DNA from: an uncultured Acidobacteriota bacterium
GTDB lineage: Bacteria; Acidobacteriota; Vicinamibacteria; Fen-336
Length of the DNA stretch: 64,000 bases
Direction of reading: 5' to 3'
Assembly: GCA_963720545.1 (NCBI GenBank)
Contig: OY970399.1
Location: 2,976,001-3,040,000, forward strand
A model generated the notes under the pieces. It was given only the letters and a program-made list of their open reading frames with translations. It made no database searches and had not been told where the DNA came from. A program made the translations under genes and the position numbers. This document shows positions 58,824-64,000 of this stretch, one piece after another (position 1 is the first letter of the stretch; each line of letters opens with the position of its first letter).

Positions 58824-60548
58824 ATGTCGAGGCTGCAGTCGCCGGCGCTCCTCATCGCCATCCTGGCGCTCGCCGCGGCGTTGCGCTTCGCCGGCATTTC
58901 GTGGGGGTTGCGCCACGAGATTGGCTTCGACGAACGGGTTTTCGTCGACAGCACCGCGGCCATGGTGGCCTCCGGCACGCTCGATTACCGCTACTACGAG
59001 TATCCGGGCCTCTTCTTCTATCTGCTTGCGCCGGTGTTCCGGGTGCTGGGCGCCTACCCAACGGCCGGGGTGCCCGGCATCCTCGCAGCGCGCGCGTTGG
59101 TCGATGCCTTCGGCGTGCTCGACGTCGCGCTCGTCTACCTCCTTGGGCGGCGTCTCTCGGGCACCGTGGCCGGGCTGATGGCAGCCTTGTTCCTCGCGGT
59201 ATCGCCGATCGACACCTACACGGCCCAGACCGCGCGTCCCGACGTGGTGCTGCAAGCGTTCGTGACGATGGTGCTCATCGCCACGCTCACCGTCGGCGCG
59301 CGCCTGCGCGACGACGCACGCGCCGGTATGTGGATCGGCCTCGCAGCCGCGGTCAAGTTCAGCGGGGTACTGGTCTGCGTGCCCTTCGTCGTGCGCCGCC
59401 TGCTGACGCCGGGGCCGCGGCTGCGCGGGCTGGCGCTTGCAGGAGGATGCGCCGCCGCCTTGTTGTCCTTGTCGATGATGGTGTCGTTCTTTCGTCCCGC
59501 CGCGCTCGAACGCGGCATGGCGAACCAGTGGGGCTACCACTTCAGCAGCGGTTTCGGCACCCGCTTCCTCGAGGTCTCGGGGTACTTCACAAGGATGGTC
59601 CTGTGGCGGCAGATGGGCGGCGTCCTTTGCGTGTTCGCAGTCTGCGGCGCGCTCGCCGGATTGCGGTCGCGGCAGCTGCGTTCCGGAGTGTTGCCGCTCT
59701 TCGTGTTCATTGCCACGACCATCGCCGTGCACTCGCTGGCTCAGGCGCGCTTCGCGCGCTTCCTGGTGCCGGTCACGGGCGCTTTCTGCGTGCTCGCCGC
59801 GCTCGGCATCGAGCTCACCGCACCACGGCTGCGGCTGCCGGCAGCGGCGCTGGCGCTCGCGGCCGCGGCGGCTCCCTTCTGGATCTCGTTCGACGGCGCG
59901 CGCCGGGTGGCGCGGCCGCACGCCTGGGACGCGGTCGCCGACGCCCTGAACGCCGCCGCGCCGCCGGGTTCCGTGGTGTTTCTCGACGCCCCGGGCATGG
60001 GACTCGACCGCGAACGCTACCTGGTCGTGGACGCGAACGGCGATACCGCGATCGACGCCGCGGCGTTGCGGGAATGCGACTACGCGGTGCTCTCGCCACG
60101 CCTGCGAAATGGCTTGGAGCAGGCGCCGGTCCTGGCGGAGGCGGCCGACCCGGTGCTTGGGGTCGCTGCGGCGCGCCTCGTGAAAATCGCTCCGCCGCTG
60201 CGCGGTGAGCACAGGCCGATTGACGCGGCTTCGGGGCAGGTCACAGCGGACGGTCGTTTCTTCGAGCTGACGCTGGCCCGGCCGGCCACGGTTTCGCGCC
60301 TGCGGCTGCCCGGCCTGCACCGCCCGCTCGGCGGCAAGCCGCTGCTGCTGCAGGTCTCGCCCGACGCGCAGGGCGACGCGTTCACGCCGCTGCGCAGCAT
60401 CGCCATCGCTGGTGCTCGAAATGCGCGCGATCCCATCGTGGTGTTCGCGCCCGTCGTCGCACGGCGGATTCGTTTGCGCGTGCCGCTCGGTCCGCGCCGT
60501 GCCACGCCGCCTTTCATTGCCGAGCAAGCAGCAGCGCAAGTAAACTGA
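58824..60548 (+). CDS. GT-C membrane glycosyltransferase (ArnT/PMT_2-like), paralog 2
   Basis: Same motifs as paralog 1, in the same order. Confidence 0.78.
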   Translation: MSRLQSPALLIAILALAAALRFAGISWGLRHEIGFDERVFVDSTAAMVASGTLDYRYYEYPGLFFYLLAPVFRVLGAYPTAGVPGILAARALVDAFGVLDVALVYLLGRRLSGTVAGLMAALFLAVSPIDTYTAQTARPDVVLQAFVTMVLIATLTVGARLRDDARAGMWIGLAAAVKFSGVLVCVPFVVRRLLTPGPRLRGLALAGGCAAALLSLSMMVSFFRPAALERGMANQWGYHFSSGFGTRFLEVSGYFTRMVLWRQMGGVLCVFAVCGALAGLRSRQLRSGVLPLFVFIATTIAVHSLAQARFARFLVPVTGAFCVLAALGIELTAPRLRLPAAALALAAAAAPFWISFDGARRVARPHAWDAVADALNAAAPPGSVVFLDAPGMGLDRERYLVVDANGDTAIDAAALRECDYAVLSPRLRNGLEQAPVLAEAADPVLGVAAARLVKIAPPLRGEHRPIDAASGQVTADGRFFELTLARPATVSRLRLPGLHRPLGGKPLLLQVSPDAQGDAFTPLRSIAIAGARNARDPIVVFAPVVARRIRLRVPLGPRRATPPFIAEQAAAQVN

Positions 60549-60554
60549 AAAACC

Positions 60555-63500
60555 ATGGCCACGCCGGCGCTCGACACTCCCATCCTCGATGTCCTCATCC
60601 GGGATTTCGGCGGCAACTATTTCTTCGCCCTCGACCTGTTCGCGGAGTACGAGCGCGACCGGCACGCCGTGGACGCGAGCTGGCGCGAGTATTTCGACAA
60701 CGCAACCGGCCGGCCGGCGGGCGGCAACGGCGCGTCGGCTGACACCGCTGAACTGCAGCCTGTAGCAGCCGCTCCAGCCGCTCCAGTGGCGGCGGCTGCG
60801 CCGGCCACCGAACCCGCGGCGACAGCGTCCAGCGACGCCCGCATCGCCGAGGTGGTGACAACGCCGCCGCCCAGCCTCGCGAAACCGGCAACCCGCGCGA
60901 TGGCGGTGCCGACCATCCTTCCCGGCGACATCGCCCAGCCGATCCGCGGCGGCGCACTGCGCGTCGTCGAGAACATGGAGGCGAGCCTTCAGGTCCCGAC
61001 CGCCACTTCGGTCCGCACCATCCCGGTGCGCACTCTCGAGGAGAACCGCCGCATCCTCAACAAGCACCGCGAGCTGGTGGGGCAGTCGAAGGTGAGCTTC
61101 ACGCATCTCATCGCCTGGGCCATCCTGCGAGCACTCGACGCCCATCCGCGCCTCAACGACGCCTACGGCGAGCTCGAGGGCAAGCCGCATCGCATCCAGC
61201 GCGAGTCGGTGCGGCTCGGCGTCGCGGTCGACGTGCAGCGCAAGGACGGCAGCCGCTCGCTGCTGGTGCCGAACGTCAAGGACGCGAACCGCCTCGATTT
61301 CCCGGGCTTCCTGAAGGCCTTCGACGACGTGGTGGCACGCTCGCGCAAGGGCACCATCTCGCCCGACGAGTTCATCGGCACGACCCTGTCGCTCACCAAT
61401 CCCGGCACCGTCGGCACCACCTCGTCGGCGCCGCGCCTGCTGCCGGGGCAGGGCCTCATCGTCGCCACCGGCGCGCTCGACTACACCGCCGAGTACCGGG
61501 CGATGGCGCCGCGCACCTTGTCGATCCTCGGCATCAGCAAGGTGATGACGATGACCTCGACCTACGACCATCGCATCATCCAGGGCGCCGAATCGGGAAT
61601 GTTCCTGGCGCGCGTCGAGGCGCTGCTGCGCGGCGACGACGGATTCTACGAGCGCGTCTTCGACGAGCTGTCGCTGCCGCACCGCCCGGTGCGCTGGGAG
61701 ATCGACGAAGCGCCGGCGCTCGGCGCCTCATCGGGCGGCACCGACGAGGCCACGTGGAAGCAGGCGAAGGTCCTGCAGTTGATCCACGCCTACCGCGTGC
61801 GCGGCCACCTGATCGCCGACCTCGACCCCCTCGACTCGACGCGCGCGCCGCACAAGGATCTCGATCCGCACAACTACGGCCTCACCATGTGGGACCTCGA
61901 CCGGGAGTTCATCACCAACGGACTCTCGGGCAAGGACCGCGCCACGCTGCGCGAGAGCCTCGACGTGCTGCGCGACACCTACTGCGGCACGATCGGCGTC
62001 GAGTACATGTACATCGCCGACACCGACCGCAAGGAGTGGCTGCAGCACCGCATGGAGGCGGCGCGCAACAGCAAGCACCTCGATGCCGCCGGACGGCGCC
62101 GCATTCTCGAGAAGCTGGTGGAGGCCGAGAGCTTCGAAAGGTTCCTGCACACCAAGTACATCGGCCACAAGCGCTTCTCGCTGGAAGGCGGCGAGGCGCT
62201 CATTCCGCTCCTCGACCGGGTGCTGAACGACGCGGCGCAGTCGGGCGCGGTGGAAGCGATCATCGGCATGCCACACCGCGGCCGGCTCAACGTGCTCGCG
62301 AACGTCGTCGGCAAGCCGCTGGCGCAGATCTTCAACGAGTTCGAAGGCCAGGTGGACCCGAACGCAACCCAGGGCTCGGGCGACGTCAAGTACCACCTGG
62401 GCGCCACCGGCACGCACCGCTCGCCGGGCGGCGAGCCGCTGGCGGTGAGCGTCGCTCCGAACCCGAGCCATCTCGAGTTCGTGAATCCGGTGGTCGAGGG
62501 CATGGTGCGCGCGCGCCAGGAGGCGCTCGGCGACAAGGAGCACGCGCGCGTCATCCCGATCCTGCTGCACGGCGACGCGGCGTTCGCCGGCGAGGGCATC
62601 GTCGCGGAAACGCTCAACCTCGCGGGGCTCGCCGGCTACAGCACCGGCGGCACCATCCACGTGGTGGTCAACAACCAGATCGGCTTCACCACCATGCCGG
62701 ACGACGCGCGCTCGTCCACCTACTGCAGCGACATCGCCAAGATGGTGCACGCGCCGGCCTTCCACGTGAACGGCGACGATCCCGAGGCGGTCGTCTACGT
62801 CGCCGGCCTCGCGTTCGAGTACCGCCAGCGCTTCCACCAGGACGTGGTCATCGACATGGTGTGCTATCGCCGCTGGGGCCACAACGAAGGCGACGAGCCG
62901 AGCTACACGCAGCCGCTGATGTACGCCAAGATCAAGAACCACACCTCGGTGGGCGTGCTCTACGGCGAGAACCTGGTGCGCCAGAACCTCATGACCCGCG
63001 AGGAGCTCGACGCGGTTTGGGCGGAGAAGAAGGCGCAGATGCAGCGCGAGGGCGACGGCAGCGCGTTCGCCGCCACCTCCCACAAGGACCAGACGCCGCC
63101 GGCCTCGGTCGACGCCGCCACCATGACCGAGAGACTGCGCGCCGTGCTGCACGTCCTCGGCACCGTGCCCGAGGGTTTCGAAATCCACCCCAAGCTGCTG
63201 CCGCACCTGAGGAAGCGCGCCGACCTGCTCGAGGGCAAGGGCGACGTGGACTGGGCGACCGCCGAGGCGCTGGCCTTCGGCACGCTCGTCATGGAAGGCA
63301 TCCCGGTGCGCCTCTCGGGCCAGGATTCCGGGCGCGGCACCTTCAGCCAGCGCCATGCCGTGCTGGTCAACATCCGCACCGGCCGCGAGTACGTGCCGCT
63401 CAACGCCGTGGCGCCGCCGGGCGTGCGCTTCGAGGTGGTGGACAGCATGCTGTCCGAAACCGCGGTCATGGGCTTCGACTTCGGCTACGCGGTCGCGAAC

Positions 63501-64000
63501 CACAACGCGCTGGTGCTGTGGGAAGCGCAGTTCGGCGACTTCGCCAACGTCGCGCAGGTGATCATCGACCAGTTCCTGGCCGCGTCCGAAACCAAGTGGG
63601 GCCAGCCGGTGGGGCTGACCCTGCTGCTGCCGCACGGCCACGAAGGCCAGGGGCCGGAGCACAGCAGCGCGCGCCTCGAGCGGTTCCTGACCCTCTGCGC
63701 CGAGAACAACATGCGCGTCTGCTATCCGTCGACGCCCGGCTCCTACTATCACCTCCTGCGCCGCCAGGCGCGCGACGTCACCGAGAAGCCGCTCATCGTG
63801 ATGACGCCGAAGAGCCTGCTGCGCCTGCCCGCCTGCACCTCGACGCTGTCGTCGCTCGCCGAGGGCGGCTTCGCCGAGGTCATCGACGACGGCCAGGTCG
63901 ACCCGGCGCGCGTGCGCCGCGTCGTGTTCCTGAGCGGCAAGCTCTACTACGACGTGGTCAAGGCGCGCGACGAGCAGCGCATCGGCGACGTGGCGCTGGT
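60555..64000 (+). CDS. kgd: Fused E2-catalytic/E1 2-oxoglutarate dehydrogenase (Kgd/OdhA type; 3' end outside window)
   Basis: Translated by hand: MATPALD..VDASWREYF, low-complexity linker, SLTNPGTVGT, TSTYDHRIIQGAESG, AYRVRGH, KRFSLEG, GDVKYHLG, HGDAAFAGEG, NNQIGFT, WEAQFGDF, GPEHSSAR. Confidence 0.9.
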   Translation, partial: MATPALDTPILDVLIRDFGGNYFFALDLFAEYERDRHAVDASWREYFDNATGRPAGGNGASADTAELQPVAAAPAAPVAAAAPATEPAATASSDARIAEVVTTPPPSLAKPATRAMAVPTILPGDIAQPIRGGALRVVENMEASLQVPTATSVRTIPVRTLEENRRILNKHRELVGQSKVSFTHLIAWAILRALDAHPRLNDAYGELEGKPHRIQRESVRLGVAVDVQRKDGSRSLLVPNVKDANRLDFPGFLKAFDDVVARSRKGTISPDEFIGTTLSLTNPGTVGTTSSAPRLLPGQGLIVATGALDYTAEYRAMAPRTLSILGISKVMTMTSTYDHRIIQGAESGMFLARVEALLRGDDGFYERVFDELSLPHRPVRWEIDEAPALGASSGGTDEATWKQAKVLQLIHAYRVRGHLIADLDPLDSTRAPHKDLDPHNYGLTMWDLDREFITNGLSGKDRATLRESLDVLRDTYCGTIGVEYMYIADTDRKEWLQHRMEAARNSKHLDAAGRRRILEKLVEAESFERFLHTKYIGHKRFSLEGGEALIPLLDRVLNDAAQSGAVEAIIGMPHRGRLNVLANVVGKPLAQIFNEFEGQVDPNATQGSGDVKYHLGATGTHRSPGGEPLAVSVAPNPSHLEFVNPVVEGMVRARQEALGDKEHARVIPILLHGDAAFAGEGIVAETLNLAGLAGYSTGGTIHVVVNNQIGFTTMPDDARSSTYCSDIAKMVHAPAFHVNGDDPEAVVYVAGLAFEYRQRFHQDVVIDMVCYRRWGHNEGDEPSYTQPLMYAKIKNHTSVGVLYGENLVRQNLMTREELDAVWAEKKAQMQREGDGSAFAATSHKDQTPPASVDAATMTERLRAVLHVLGTVPEGFEIHPKLLPHLRKRADLLEGKGDVDWATAEALAFGTLVMEGIPVRLSGQDSGRGTFSQRHAVLVNIRTGREYVPLNAVAPPGVRFEVVDSMLSETAVMGFDFGYAVANHNALVLWEAQFGDFANVAQVIIDQFLAASETKWGQPVGLTLLLPHGHEGQGPEHSSARLERFLTLCAENNMRVCYPSTPGSYYHLLRRQARDVTEKPLIVMTPKSLLRLPACTSTLSSLAEGGFAEVIDDGQVDPARVRRVVFLSGKLYYDVVKARDEQRIGDVAL

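Noticed and set aside
58083..63752. Long minus-strand ORFs (1199 aa and 674 aa)
   Set aside because: Antisense shadows of the GT-C and kgd genes, with no motifs.

Overview
High-GC, gene-dense chromosomal window, probably from an Acidobacteriota genome (inferred from the Oar-like TonB receptor, VWA-type protein, sulfatase-like/TPR protein and kinase-TolB-TPR protein). It holds about 50 CDSs: a Tat-exported PaoABC-like molybdo-flavoenzyme operon, two serine hydrolases, namZ, trmJ, pcnB, rfbD, a rhomboid protease, arfB, a c-di-GMP gene pair, a complete kdpFABCDE locus, a thioester-intact alpha-2-macroglobulin, a Cys-rich outer-membrane protein, tandem GT-C glycosyltransferases and a partial E2-E1 fused 2-oxoglutarate dehydrogenase. 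It also has tRNA-Val(TAC) and tRNA-Asp(GTC). I saw no integrase, transposase, rRNA or CRISPR array. Most notable: (1) a -10-like hexamer 5-9 nt before SD-less start codons at about a dozen genes, implying widespread (near-)leaderless expression; (2) a 69-aa five-Cys gene ending the Pao-like operon; (3) a 48-aa membrane ORF coupled upstream of kdpF; (4) a degenerate-GGDEF-PilZ / degenerate-GGDEF-EAL pair; (5) a degenerate-FHA/IPT membrane protein coupled to namZ; (6) 11-bp-periodic operator-like repeats beside two winged-helix regulators. All product calls come from manual motif recognition; no searches were run.
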